Of a DNA stretch of 64,000 nucleotides, positions 9,901 to 21,823 are shown one piece after another. The DNA is taken from NCBI RefSeq assembly GCF_018977255.1, contig NW_024704742.1, positions 57,290,001 to 57,354,000 on the forward strand. The letters run 5' to 3'. Numbering within the stretch: position 1 is the stretch's first letter; every line of letters begins with the position of its first letter. This DNA comes from Callorhinchus milii. Lineage: Eukaryota. The translations under genes were made by a program, and so were the position numbers. The notes beneath the pieces were generated by a model. It was given only the letters and a program-made list of their open reading frames with translations. It was not told the origin of the DNA and searched no databases.

Positions 9901-12900
9901 TTTTTTAAACTTTTTTTCTTATCCTTGAAATTCTAAATTTATTCAGAAGTATTTGCAACTGTTTATAAGGGAAGTTCTCCTATTGTTATAGTACGCATAA
10001 TGTAATGATTTTGGTCCGACAGATATAACATTTGGCAGACTCGTCTATGTATATTACCCGCAACCTCTAAAGAACGAGAAAGGAAGCATTTCTGCTCTTT
10101 TTTAAAAAAAAATACTCGTACGTTTTTTGTTTTCATTCTCCTATTTTCTTTTCATTTTCGGTCTCTGCTATTTGATGAGAGTGAGCATGCTGCATTATTG
10201 ATCAAAGCCACGTAAGGTACATAAGAGTGCTATGGGGTGATCATCCATGAATTTTACTTCCTCAGCATGGGCCTGTCATGTTTCCTGATGACATGTTAAT
10301 TGGGGCCAGTAAACTGACCTCACTGAATCCTACAATGGCAACATTGCACTTTGTACTGTGATGTTTTAAAACAAAATCCTTGCATTTGATCGTGCTTTTC
10401 ATGTTGGGAGGACATCTCAAAGTGCTTCAGGATATATTGCATACTCTTTGGCTCTTGCCAACCTGCACCTAATGCTCTTCGGAATAACGTAAGCAGAGCG
10501 TGTCCCTCTGGGGAGAGAGTGCACATTCAATTCCATGCATGTGAATTTCCATGTGGCGGTAGCATGCTTGGTAATCTCAGTCTTGTTTGGATACTCTTGA
10601 CTGTGGTGATGTGTTTCTGGATGTGTCGGTCAACCGAATGGCCAAAACAAGAATAATAATCCTTAAACTTGATAAAGCACCTCAACATCTCAAAGAATTT
10701 TACTATAAATTGTGATGGTTGTGTATTCAAGCGTGGCAGTCAATTTTGCTCACAGAAATCTCCCACAAATTACTATGAAGTAAATAACCAATTTTTTTTT
10801 ATCTAGTTCTTTTAACCGCATATCTGAAAGCATGGAAATGGAGGAGAGTGAAGTGAAAACAGGAAATACTGAAGATGTGGAGAGTGAAATAAAAACAGAA
10901 AATACTCAATATGTGGAGAGTGAAGAGAACACAGGAAATACTGAAGATGTGGAGAGTGAAATAAAAACAGAAAATACTCAATATGTGGAGAGTGAAGTGA
11001 ACACAGGAAATACAAAAGATGTGGATACTGAAGATGTGGAGAGTGAAGTAAACACAGGAAATACTGAAGATGTGGAGAGTGAAATAAACACAGGAAATAC
11101 TGAATATGTCGAGAGTGAAGTGAACACAGGAAATACTAAAGATGTGGATACTGAAGATGTGGAGAGTGAAGTAAACACAGGAAATACTGAAGATGTGGAG
11201 AGTGAAATAAACACAGGAAATACTGAATATGTCGAGAGTGAAGTGAACACAGGAAATACTAAAGATGTGGATACTGAAGATGTGGAGAGTGAAGTAAACA
11301 CAGGAAATACTGAAGATGTGGAGAGTGAAATAAACACAGGAAATACTGAATATGTCGATAGTGAAGTGAACACAGGAAATACTAAAGATGTGGATACTGA
11401 AGATGTGGAAAGTGAAGTAAACACAGGAAATACTGACGATGTGGAGAGTGAAATAAACACAGGAAATACTGAATATGTCGAGAGTGAAGTGAACACAGGA
11501 AATACTAAAGATGTGGATACTGAAGACGTGGAGAGTGAAATAAACACAGGAAATACTGAAGACGTGGAGAGTGAAATAAACACAGGAAATACTGAAGATA
11601 TGGAAAGTGAAATGAACACAGGAAATACTAAAGATGTGGAGAGTGAAATGAACACAGGAAATACTAAAGATGTGGATACTGAAGATGTGGAGAGTGAAAT
11701 AAACACAGGAAATACTGAAGATGTGGAGAGTGAAATAAACACAAATACTGAAGATGTGGAGAGTGAAATAAACACAAATACTGAAGATGTGGATACTGAA
11801 GATATGGAGAGTGAAATAGACACAGGAAATACTGAAGGTGTATTTTTGAATGAGAAAACCAAAGATGGTGCCAAAAAGGTATTTTGTCTAATTTAAGCAT
11901 GGTGGAATTTATAATTCCTTATACCTCTTCATTTCCACTCAGTGTTTATTGGTGGTAGTAAGTCTATTGGTTTAATTGGAAGGGGCCCGACAATTGGTAA
12001 GACCAGAATATTGGGGACGATATGGTGTTGGTAATGTTACTGCAGTATAATTTTACAGTTGCTAATCTTAATTAAACAAAACTTTCAAAATTGATCTAGC
12101 ACCAGAAAACTAGTGGTTCTGCTGCCAGATTGAGGCTGAAAACTCAGCTGGTTCACTATGTACTTCAGGGAATGAAATCTGCCATCTTTATCCGGTCTGG
12201 CCAAAATGTAACTCCAGTCCCATAGTTTGTAGCTGACTCTTAGCATCAGCTGAAATGGCCTACCAAGCCACTTAGTTAAGAGAAGATCCACGATCACCTT
12301 CTCGGGGCAACCATGGATGGACAGCATCACGCACATCCCCCAATGAAAAAATAATAATTTGGTCACTCAGTCCACACCGTTTGTGGGACACTGCTGTGCA
12401 CAATTGGCTGCCGCGTTTTGCCCACAAAATATACAGACAATTCGCTTTACAGTATATTCTGTGAAGTGCTTTGAGATGTCTCGAAGACGTGATAAGGCGC
12501 TATATCAAATGCAAGGATTATTATTATTAAGCAAAAACATTGCTCCCATTTATGAAACTGTATTGACGGTAGAGTTGAAATGCTGAAATCAGAGGGGTCA
12601 GATGGGTCAAAGGGCCTTCTTCATTTGATTTTCTTACGATCTCATATCTAGAGGGCTTCCCCCTGTAGTCATGTAAGCTCATCTTCCTGTGAATACCAAA
12701 GTGGGTACAATGGGATGTACTTACTGTCTTTATAAACTGATGTCCGATTGTATTGTATTTATTTTCTTGATTACATCAAACCCCATTACAATAAGATGTT
12801 TCAGATCCATAAAGCCGAACAGTGGATTATAATGGGGTGTCACAAACTCTGCCCCGAGCGTGGACAAGTTCTACTCAACTGTCTTGCTCAGCTCGGGCAC

Positions 12901-15900
12901 CGCAAGGACCATATTAACACTACAGGTGGTGACCTCCTACCTTGTTTTTCCCACTCTCCCTTGTTTTGAGAACTCTCCACTCAGACTCCACACCCGCACC
13001 CCCCATAGAAACACTAAAAAACAGAAGTGTGAAAGACACAATAGACAGGACATTGATAAAGATTGGTGATGATTGCTGGAGTGTAATACCTGGGGCTTTG
13101 ATCACTTTCATTGGAGTTTTTGTCTTTGACGACAATGCTGGTTTCTCCCATCTTCCTCTGATCAGACAGACAGGTCAGGTCACTCTTCTGTGGGGAAGTT
13201 CAATCTGAGTTGTTAATTGGTGTTTGATGTGCCACTGAAACCGATACTGCGATTTTCCCTTTGGAAACTTGTGAATGCTCAGTGATACCCCCATGTTATC
13301 TCAATGAAAAGAAAAATGACTTTTTCTACACAGGACAAAAAGCCAAAATAGCCACCGCTACATCACGTCCTGCATAACTGAACAAAGCTCTGGATGGTAG
13401 GGTGGTCTTAGCTGGACAAGTTATGAGAATAAGAAGCTTGCCAGTCTGTGTTTGTCATGGTGATCACAGAATAGTAAACATCTGCACCAGATTCCCATCA
13501 CTGATTTCCTAATGTCAGCTATACAGTACAATACATCTTACATTTATATAGTGCCTTTCATATCAGGAGGGCTTCTCAAAGTGCTTAACAATGCTGGATG
13601 CGCACCCCTCTGGGAATGGGGGTGAGAGCTGATGGGGTGGGAGGGGAAAGATGACCCAAAGAGAGGTCAAAGAGCTGTTCTGTCACAGGAGGAGTTTTGG
13701 AAAATTACCCTGCAGCATTCCCGCTTGTAAGATTCCAGTTATTAAACTTTGAATGATGCTGCCAGATTAAACAAACAATCTTTTCACAGGCATCAGGAGT
13801 GAGAAACAAATTGAAAACAGTGCCCAGTTCACAGTTCAATAGAGCCTCCAAACAGTTGAAGAACGTTCAGTCACGGACAGGTGCAGCAAAGAAACCTAGG
13901 GCTGGGAAATCCACAATCAGACAGAGGGCTGTTTCTACTGGTACCACAAAGAAGTCGTCATTGGGTAATTTGCAGGCGTCTAATTCCACAAAGCAAAAAC
14001 AAAATCGCAACAATGCAGATGCATCAGCCTCTCACAACAGGGTCTCCTTTCATGGAGAGCCTTCCACGGTAAGAGTTGCATTTCTCTGTAATATGATGTA
14101 TTTTACTTCATCAGACTAGACCAAAGGAAACTTAGCAATGGGACAATTTAGTCCTTTTTTTTCACACTTAAGTCAAAAAAATTATTTTGCAATTGGATGA
14201 AAAAGAGATGAAGTGGTAGTTGAGGTTTTTTCAATACTAATAATAATCCTTGCATTTGATATAACACCTTAACATGTAGTTGAGATATTTTAAAGCGCTT
14301 CACAGAATATATTGTGAAAACACGTGTTGATTCTTCTAATATATACCTTGCCTACATTTGATGTTTATGGAAATTTTGAATTTGACTTAAGTTTGGGAAG
14401 TATTGTATTTTCGACCCATTAAACAGTATATCTAATTTATGTTATGGATTGTTTGTTAGTGCCAATTGAAAAAAAACGAATATGACTTTATTAAATATTA
14501 TTTATTATGGTTGGGGAAAAAAACAGGTTCTACTAAGTTAAATACTGTAATATAAATCTGGATTCTAGAACTAATAGTAGTAGCACTCTTGCCTCTGAGT
14601 TACAAGGTTGTAGGTTCAAGTCCCACATCAGGACTTCGAATCACATTGTCTAAACTGACACTTCAATTGAGTACTTGGGTATGTTGCATTGTTAGAGATA
14701 CCGTCCTTCGCATGAGACGTTGAACCAAGGCCCCGTCTGCTGTTCAGGTGGATGTTAAAGATCGCATGGCACTGCTTGAAATGAAAAGGGAGTTTCTCCC
14801 AGTGTCCTGGCCAACAATCCTTCAAATAAAAATGGTCACTCACTCCATGGTTGTTAGTGGAACATTGCTGTGCGCAGCCGGCTGCCCCATTTCATCCACT
14901 AAATACAGTCAATTTACTTTACAGTATATATTGTAAAGCACTTGGAATGTGAAGAGGCAAGGATTATTATTTTTGTTTTTGCCTACAAAGAGCAGTCACT
15001 ACATGTGACAGTAATTGTCACATGTAGTGGAATCCTGAGGTTATTAGAGAGAGCACTTGCCTTGTAAGTGAGAGGACGTGAGCTTAATGGCAGGGCGAAA
15101 CATTGGGCAAGTTTCCTTCCTCCACACACCTCTGTTTACCAGCAGTAAGTAGGAACTTGGTTGTTAGTCGATTGGCGGATTGCTTTTCCGGAAGTAATAA
15201 TCCCTTTATATATAAAAAAAGAAGAATTTGGTCACTCAATTCACGACTGTTTGTGGGACACTGCAGTGTGCAATTGGCTGCCGCGTTTTGCCCACAAAAT
15301 ATACAGTCAATTCACTTTACAGTAGCCTGTGAAGCGCTTTGAGATGAGTTGAAGATGTGATAAGGCACTATATCAAAAATTGCAAGAATGATTATTAGTT
15401 ACCATGACATGTTGTAGGTGTTGTAAAAATACAATGAAAATGAAACCAATCCTAACATCAATGTGTTCCAATGATTCCAGTAATTGCTTTCGTGAAAATA
15501 CTAACCTTTGATCATCAGATTACAGTGTCGCAGTTTATTGCTAGGCAAAGTAGTCAATGTACAAAACTGCACACCTTGTATGTACAGCAGTGGTAGGGTG
15601 AACTGTGACTCAATTATCATCCAGAATTCTGCAGTAAGAAAGGGGAAAACATGAATTTAAAATAAATTATTTTATTTCACTTTTTATGTCTGTATAGTTC
15701 AATCAGTAACAAATATTCCATTGATGATAAGATTGCTGACCCAAGAGGTTAATGGCAACTTAATCACTAAGTTAATGGCTATATTAACTATGAGTGATTA
15801 AGTTGCCATTAAAGTTTTTCGGTCAATCAACCTTATCTTGATTTTACTGCAGTGGTTGAATTCCTTCTCTAAATTAATAAACAAATACTGCTCTATATTA

Positions 15901-18900
15901 ATAAATGCACTTTCCTTTCTTGCTTAAGCAGTCCTTTACATGTTATAGTTTTCTTGGGCAATAAAAAACAAAACCAACAAATTGGTGGGGAGACATGGGC
16001 ATAAATGCAATTTATTAGCTGGGGCACAGAGAGGGGGAGATTGCTATGCAAATAAATGTCCTAAAGTTTTTGATACAAGATGTTGCTTATTCTTTTCTGC
16101 TTCAGTTCCAGTCAAACTTATTTTCTAATGCTTTCAAGTAGACTTTTCTAAACCAGTCTAAACCAAGAAATTTCAATGAAGGGAATTTTACTGGATAAAA
16201 TTTGCTTGCCGCGTTTGCCTATAAGATATGCAATGACTTTACGTATATCCTGTGATGTGCTTTGAAACGGCTTTCCGATTTGAAATGCTTTACTAAATAC
16301 AAGAATTAGAACTATTATTTTTACTCCATTCAAATTATTCTCCTGATTTGTTTTTGCTCATTGTAAAAATGTTTAGTATTTGGTCAAAGTAATATAGTTT
16401 AGTGAGTGGTGAGGCTTGTTCTTAAATCACTTTAAATAAGAATTAGCAACAATTTGAATAAAAATGTAATTATTAAAAACTAATCATTTATAACAAAGCC
16501 CATGTGTATAATAACTGGGCCAAAATTTTTTGACAGTTTACTTGGTAATGGAAAACCTGGTCAATATGTTCCTTGTTCTGCTGCAGGAAAGATCCATAGC
16601 TTCTAAATCCTACAGTCAGAAAAGGAAGAGAACATCAGTTAGAAGACCTGAATCTAGTTCGTCCCATGAATTGACTTCATCTGGATCTTCTACTCCAGGT
16701 TAGGATGTTAAGAATTGCACTACAACAAGTTTCTTAATTGGAATGTCTGATGAAGATGGGAACTGCTTTGTGCAGTGGGTGATCGCAAGATAGGTTCGGA
16801 TAAAGAAGACTGTGGCTCATCTGATCTCATCCCTCCAGAATATCCATTTTACTGTCCTCCCATCGCAGGATTAACCAGCTTTTTAAATGAGTTTAGTGTC
16901 CTGGCCTCAACCACTCTTCATGACAACCTATTCCAGTTGTTAATTACCATCCGAGTAAAGAAATATTTCCTGTTTTGTCCTGAAATTGCCCTTTGTAACC
17001 CTAAACCTATGCCCTCTTGTCTACCGTCTTGTATCTTAAAGGAAAACAAGGGGTCATCCATGATCATGCTGTTCTTTCCCCCCGGGGACCTAGCCTTAAA
17101 TTTAGCACAAACTGAAGGATGACATTTTTCTATCTACTCTAAGAGTTATTTGTGAATGTGTTTTGTCTAAAATTAGTGTCTTATGGGCATGGGCTCAAAG
17201 CAAAACCTACCCTTTATTGAGCACTAAATCGCCAATCTCACTTGGGATTTTTTTTACAATTAAGCTGATTCACTTACTATTGTAATGAAAAAGATACTTA
17301 ACAAGAATTACATATCCTGGATGATGGTTTTATAGGAATGAAACAATCAGTGAAATCACTGCATTAGATCATGGATGTATGTTTTGGGGGAACTATGGAG
17401 CTTATTAAGCTAAAACCACATAGCTTACCATTGAGAGCACTGTCTGGCAAACTTCTGGCTGCTTGTCTAGCTGGGACCACCCTGTTCTTTAAAACATGCA
17501 GGGTTAACAGGATCGGAATAGGAAGTAGCCCTGTCTGCATTACTAATCGGTCCCTCCATATCTTGCAGATTAGTCAGACAGGCTAGCCTGTCACCAGCAG
17601 TGCACTGGTGTACTGTGGTCCCAATCTGCCTCAGGAACCAGGCTACTGAGACCAACATAGAGGGTTGACTCGGTTCCGACATTCTATTGCCAAGCATCTG
17701 CATCACCTTGGAGACAGTTTACTTTCAAGGAGACCCTATTTAGCTCTCCCTTCCCAGGATAGTCACTAGTTGGTCTTACAGTAAGAAAATGTTATCGAGA
17801 ATGATTAGGAAACTGCAAATTTTAATTACTGAAGGAGCATCTTTTGTTTTTGTGTTACCAATCAGAGGCTGGTCCATCATCTGTGAAGATCCGCTGCCCA
17901 GAAGGCACAAAAAGATTAGCAAAAGATCTTACTATACTAGATGTAGTTCTGAATGAGTTTCAGATGATTTTCACAAAATACAAGTAAGTTCAGATCGCTG
18001 TGTGCAATGCTGTCAAGTACAATACAATACAAAATTACATTTATGGAGCCTGCTGAGCAGAGAGAGCGGACAGGTTGACAAGGGGTTAGCAGGTCGGAGA
18101 GGTAGGAGGGAGCAAGCCATGGAGGACCTTGAAAGTGAGGACGAGAATTTTGATCTTGATCCTTTGAGGGACGGGGAGCCAGTGGAGCCAGACGAGGGTG
18201 GGTTTGATGGGGTCACGGAGCCTGGTGCAGGAGAGGATACAAGCTGCAGAGTTCTGGATGATCTGCAGCATGTGGAGGGAAGAGTTGGGAAGGCCGACAA
18301 GCAGGTCATTAGCATAGTTGAACCTGGTTGTAACAAAGGTATGTATGAGGGTTTCGACGGCCTGAGGGTTGAGGCAGTGGCGGAGTCGGGCAACGTTGTG
18401 GAGGTGGGACAGGCAGAGCGGGTCCTCGCACAGATATGGGAGAGAAAGGACAGTTGAGGGTCGAACAAGACACCAAGGTTCCTGACTGGATTGTATAAAG
18501 TATAATTTATTATGCAACCCTTAACAGATTCTTCATATCTAATCTTTGCCGTTTCCCCACAAGACATTAGACATTAAGAAACCAGAAATGGCCAATAAGC
18601 ATCCTTTTTATTATCTCAGTACCACCTATTCCCCTTTTGCAGTTTCTTCTCTTCTTTCTCCAGAAATGCATCTGTTGTAGTTGCCTCCAGAACCAATTTA
18701 ATTTAGACTGTTTGCAGTATAATGATCTTTCCTATTGCCTTATTCCATAAATCAATTATTTTTATTAATAAGATTGTTGCCTTGTTCTTATCTTTCTAAT
18801 TTCATTTCTTGCAGTTTGTTAATTTGGTAAATTAGATTATTTAAACTTTTTTCACCTTCTGTTACAAGGTAAAATATAATTATAATTTAGAACATTTACA

Positions 18901-21175
18901 AATGCAACCTTTTGTGCTTTATTCATAATTTTGAATTGGCTTAGAGTTTTAAATTAGGATATTTTCAAACTGGATTTAAGTTAATTGCAACTTTCATTTT
19001 GCCAGCAATATTCTGGATAAAAGGCTGGTGAGCCAAATAGCTAGCCCATTTCGCTGGACAGCAAAATTCTTTGGCTTTTGTCCATTTGTGGCTTGTGATT
19101 TAGTGACCACAAATATTGCAAACCCATAATTGCAATTAATCCAGTTGGTAAATCATAAATTAGACCTGATTGCCTTATTTACTAAAGTCATCAGTCAGCC
19201 TGGCAGTCAGTACTCTCACCTCTTTGTCAGAAGATTATGGGTTCAAGCCCCCAACTAGTACTTTTAATTCAGTCTTGGCTGACACTGCAGTCCAGTGCTG
19301 GTGGTGTGCTGTATTGCACTGTTCAGGTGGACATTAAAGATCTCATGGCACTTCAAAAAGAGAAAGGAGTCTCGACCAACGATCCCCCAGATAAAATTGT
19401 TTGTGTGCAAATAACAAAGCAATTAGGTGCTATATCAAATGCAAAGATTGTTATTTTTGTTCGATTTCATAGGGAGTCTGTGGAATCAAATCCCTGCAAA
19501 AAAGCAATTGATAGCTTCTATACCAATGTGGAAGAGCATATTATGGAAACTGTAAGTACTGAATACATTTGGAACCAAATAATGTAAACCTTGGGAGCCC
19601 TTTTTTTTAAACAGGTTTCAAACAAATTAACATGGTTTTCAATATGTGATTTCCATACCGACCTATCCACTCCTTCCGCTCAGTGGACTCTGGGTCCCAC
19701 CTGAAATCCAGGACTGTTCCCTGGTGTAATAACTACCTCAGCACCCTTAAATCCCAAATCTGAACACTCGAGCACAGATGGCAGAAAACTGGCCTTGTGG
19801 TTCACTGCCAAATGTAGCTCAAGCATCTTTGAACCTCCCTCATAATCCATAATTGTGATCTATTCTTAGGCCATTCTGGAGGCCAAATAACCCCAAAGTG
19901 CTGTTCTCCACCCCTCTTATCCCATTTTCAGATCGCACCTGAAGACCTTCCTCTTTGACTATGCTTACGGTCGCTTCCCCTGGCTCATTGTCAGGCTCCT
20001 GCACTGTTAAGCACTCTGAGATGCTCCCTTCATGCAGGGCACTATATTAATGCAAGTTGTTATTAATTGCCTAACTGTTTTCTGTTTAAAGATTGGTACA
20101 GTTCAAGAGCTGCAGGATTTGAAAAGAAAAGATGCAAAGGTGATTATTTTTGTGATTATACCTTCATTGAATTTTTTTAAACAAAATTGGCATTTTAAGA
20201 TTTCAATGCCAAAAGTCTTCACTTTTCTGCACAATTATACTATTATAGGTGACAACAACTTTCAACAAGAAGAGAAAACGCTTTCTGGAAGTTCAGAAGG
20301 AATTAATTGAGTAATGCTGTTTACTTTTATTTTAAATCATGAGCACTGGCTTATTTTGTGTGAACAACAACAAATTACATTTGTACATTAAGAGAAGTTA
20401 GTGAACAGTGCAATATTTTTAGGCATTGAACTAGCTCATATTTAGTTGGTAAATCTTGGATCATTGTTCAATAACATTAAATGCACAGTAAAACATTATG
20501 AATTTCTGATTTCACTAAAGTGATCATCTGAAGTGATCACTTAGGCACAACCAGTGGAATGTCTTGGTCTCATTTCGTTCTAATTTACAGACAAGAAGCA
20601 CAACTTAAACAGTTATGGAAGGAACATGCTGAATTGAGTCAAAGGAAATCAGACTTTCAGGTTGCAACACAATTCCTGTCTGATTTTAAAGAATTGCAGA
20701 TCCAGTATTGTGAACATAGGAATAGAAACCCTACTGAAAAAGAAACGGTAATTTTTTTTTGTTGTGTAATGCACTCGTAATTTGTGGGGGTAACTGCTTT
20801 GTTGTTGCTTAGTCATTTGTAGACAATGAACCATTCTGGACTAGATTTAACCAAAATCCCAGAGGTGAACAAAACTAATTTATTAACCAACCATTTGGTG
20901 TGTTTTGTTCAGAACAAAAGCACGTATGCTGCAAATCAATAATTTTCTAGACATTAATCTTTTAGCCTGCAGAGATGGAAGGGGACACACGTCTAAACTG
21001 CTTGGGCAACAAATGTAAGCTCTACTGTTACTAGTTTAAATATCTTCCGTTTCATCAACAGTATGATATTTCAAGCTTTCCTGCTCTGCTGGTAGAATCG
21101 CGAGGAATTTTGGGAGCAGTAAAACAGCTGCAGAATATCAATGCAAAATTGCAGCAGGAACTTGACAAGAACTGA
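6939..21175 (+). CDS. CENPU: Centromere protein U (CENP-U/PBIP1/MLF1IP), spliced gene model, predicted 812 aa
   Basis: join(6939-6992,7447-7630,8586-8745,10807-11878,13790-14068,16587-16698,17866-17983,19473-19551,20092-20139,20249-20310,20591-20747,21062-21175) = 2439 nt, all GT-AG, phases consistent. PLHSTAI polo-box motif; C-terminal CPEG...[37 protein letters not shown]. Confidence 0.85.
7447..7630 (+). CDS. CENPU: CENPU coding exon 2
   Basis: Pyrimidine tract + AG; open frame PAERPRSK...[22 protein letters not shown] at 7631, phase 1. Confidence 0.75.
8586..8745 (+). CDS. CENPU: CENPU coding exon 3 with the PLK1 polo-box docking motif
   Basis: YPLHSTAIF matches human PPLHSTAIY; phase 1 to 2. 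Confidence 0.85.
8826..9198 (+). mobile_element. Young tRNA-derived SINE, full length, long subtype
   Basis: A/B-box head, CCTCTGTTTACC...GTTAGTCGATTGG insert, Deu-like block, L2-type tail with (TAT)n. Sister copies at 15027-15397, 24603-24988(-), 45269-45729. Confidence 0.8.
10807..11878 (+). CDS. CENPU: CENPU coding exon 4, tandem-repeat-expanded acidic exon
   Basis: Poly-T + ATCTAG acceptor; phase-2 start in frame with the 10832-11896 ORF; AAG/GTATTT donor in phase 0 matches exon 5. Confidence 0.7.
10844..11840. repeat. 36-bp coding minisatellite (~25 units) with a 123-bp higher-order unit
   Basis: Unit ~GAGAGTGAAATAAACACAGGAAATACTGAAGATGTG; length variants are +15 bp and -3 bp. Confidence 0.95.
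12015..12350 (+). mobile_element. Old SINE of a third family with a CR1-type 3' end
   Basis: GAAATCTGCC...CCGGTCTGGCC...GAAATGGCCTACCAAGCCACT...CACCTTCTC...GGGCAA...CACATCCC, recognised from memory as a cartilaginous-fish repeat. Confidence 0.5.
13790..14068 (+). CDS. CENPU: CENPU coding exon 5 (basic, K/R/S-rich)
   Basis: TTTTCACAG acceptor, 93 open codons, ACG/GTAAGA donor; phase 0 to 0. Confidence 0.7.
15027..15397 (+). mobile_element. Young SINE, long subtype
   Basis: Same modules as 8826-9198. Confidence 0.8.
16587..16698 (+). CDS. CENPU: CENPU coding exon 6
   Basis: [21 protein letters not shown]...SGSSTP; CAG/GT ends; phase 0 to 1. Confidence 0.7.
17866..17983 (+). CDS. CENPU: CENPU coding exon 7
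   Basis: [26 protein letters not shown] resembles human VHIWCPEG...LNIVLPEF; GTAAGT donor. Confidence 0.85.
18020..18495 (-). mobile_element. L2-clade LINE fragment
   Basis: Minus-strand peptides [47 protein letters not shown]. Confidence 0.85.
19473..19551 (+). CDS. CENPU: CENPU coding exon 8
   Basis: [32 protein letters not shown] donor. Confidence 0.85.
20092..20139 (+). CDS. CENPU: CENPU coding exon 9
   Basis: [16 protein letters not shown]; phase 0 to 0. Confidence 0.85.
20249..20310 (+). CDS. CENPU: CENPU coding exon 10
   Basis: [20 protein letters not shown]; phase 0 to 2. Confidence 0.85.
20591..20747 (+). CDS. CENPU: CENPU coding exon 11
   Basis: [19 protein letters not shown]...FLSDFKELQ...EKET, coiled-coil character. 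Confidence 0.85.
21062..21175 (+). CDS. CENPU: CENPU last coding exon
   Basis: [37 protein letters not shown], matching the CENP-U C-terminus. Confidence 0.9.
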   Translation, partial: YDISSFPALLVESRGILGAVKQLQNINAKLQQELDKN

Positions 21176-21823
21176 GGAGCATTTCTATAATTCCAGAGCA
21201 GCTGTATGAGCTGGGAGACTATCTATTCTCACCGTGGAAGCAAAGTGATTCACTTAAAACTGAACAGTGTGTGATTTTCAATTTCATACATCTTGTCTTT
21301 GTACTTTTGTATTGGCAATTTTTTTTAGCTTATTTCAGCAGCCATGGTGGAGGGGACTGTCTGAAAGACATGTCTGCACTATGTACCAGTACTAGTTTAT
21401 TTAGATGAGTTCAGCAGAACTGAAGATAGCTTTCCCCCCCCCCCCATTATTTGAGGATAAGCTTCACATAATTCATAAATTTGTCCAACATTTTTCTCCC
21501 ACACTTATAATGCTGAGGAATAATCATCTGGTATCTGCCCATCACAACAAATGCTACTGACGAACAACACGAAGATGCTGTGCCAAAGCAGACCGCAACA
21601 ATATCAGGTTGTGGTAACTATATAACAACGTAAAAAGATCTTAAGTAAATGAAATTGCCTTAATTGGATTCAAAACATGTTTTTTTAAGGTTTAAAAAAA
21701 ATGTTTTGCCACTTTTCAACTGCATTTTCAGTTAGTGTAGGATTTTCACTAAAAGTTCCATGCAGCCATATGCAGTAGCATTAAGTGTAATATACTGTAC
21801 ATTAAATATTCTTGTGTATTTAA

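Noticed and set aside
10844..11840. DTED/V and KDVD/T in the CENP-U repeat as caspase-3 sites linked to neighbouring CASP3
   Set aside because: Expected by chance in an acidic repeat; the P1' residues are poor, and gene proximity is not evidence.
11831..11843. Alternative donor GAAG/GTGTAT at 11837
   Set aside because: Phase 1, incompatible with the phase-0 acceptor at 13790.
10978..11874. 298-aa minus-strand ORF
   Set aside because: Antisense shadow of the 36-bp repeat; the plus frame fits the CENPU splice phases.
12971..13396. Possible extra CENPU exons (12971-13065, 13334-13396)
   Set aside because: Both end in phase 2, I found no exon restoring phase 0, and the model is complete without them.
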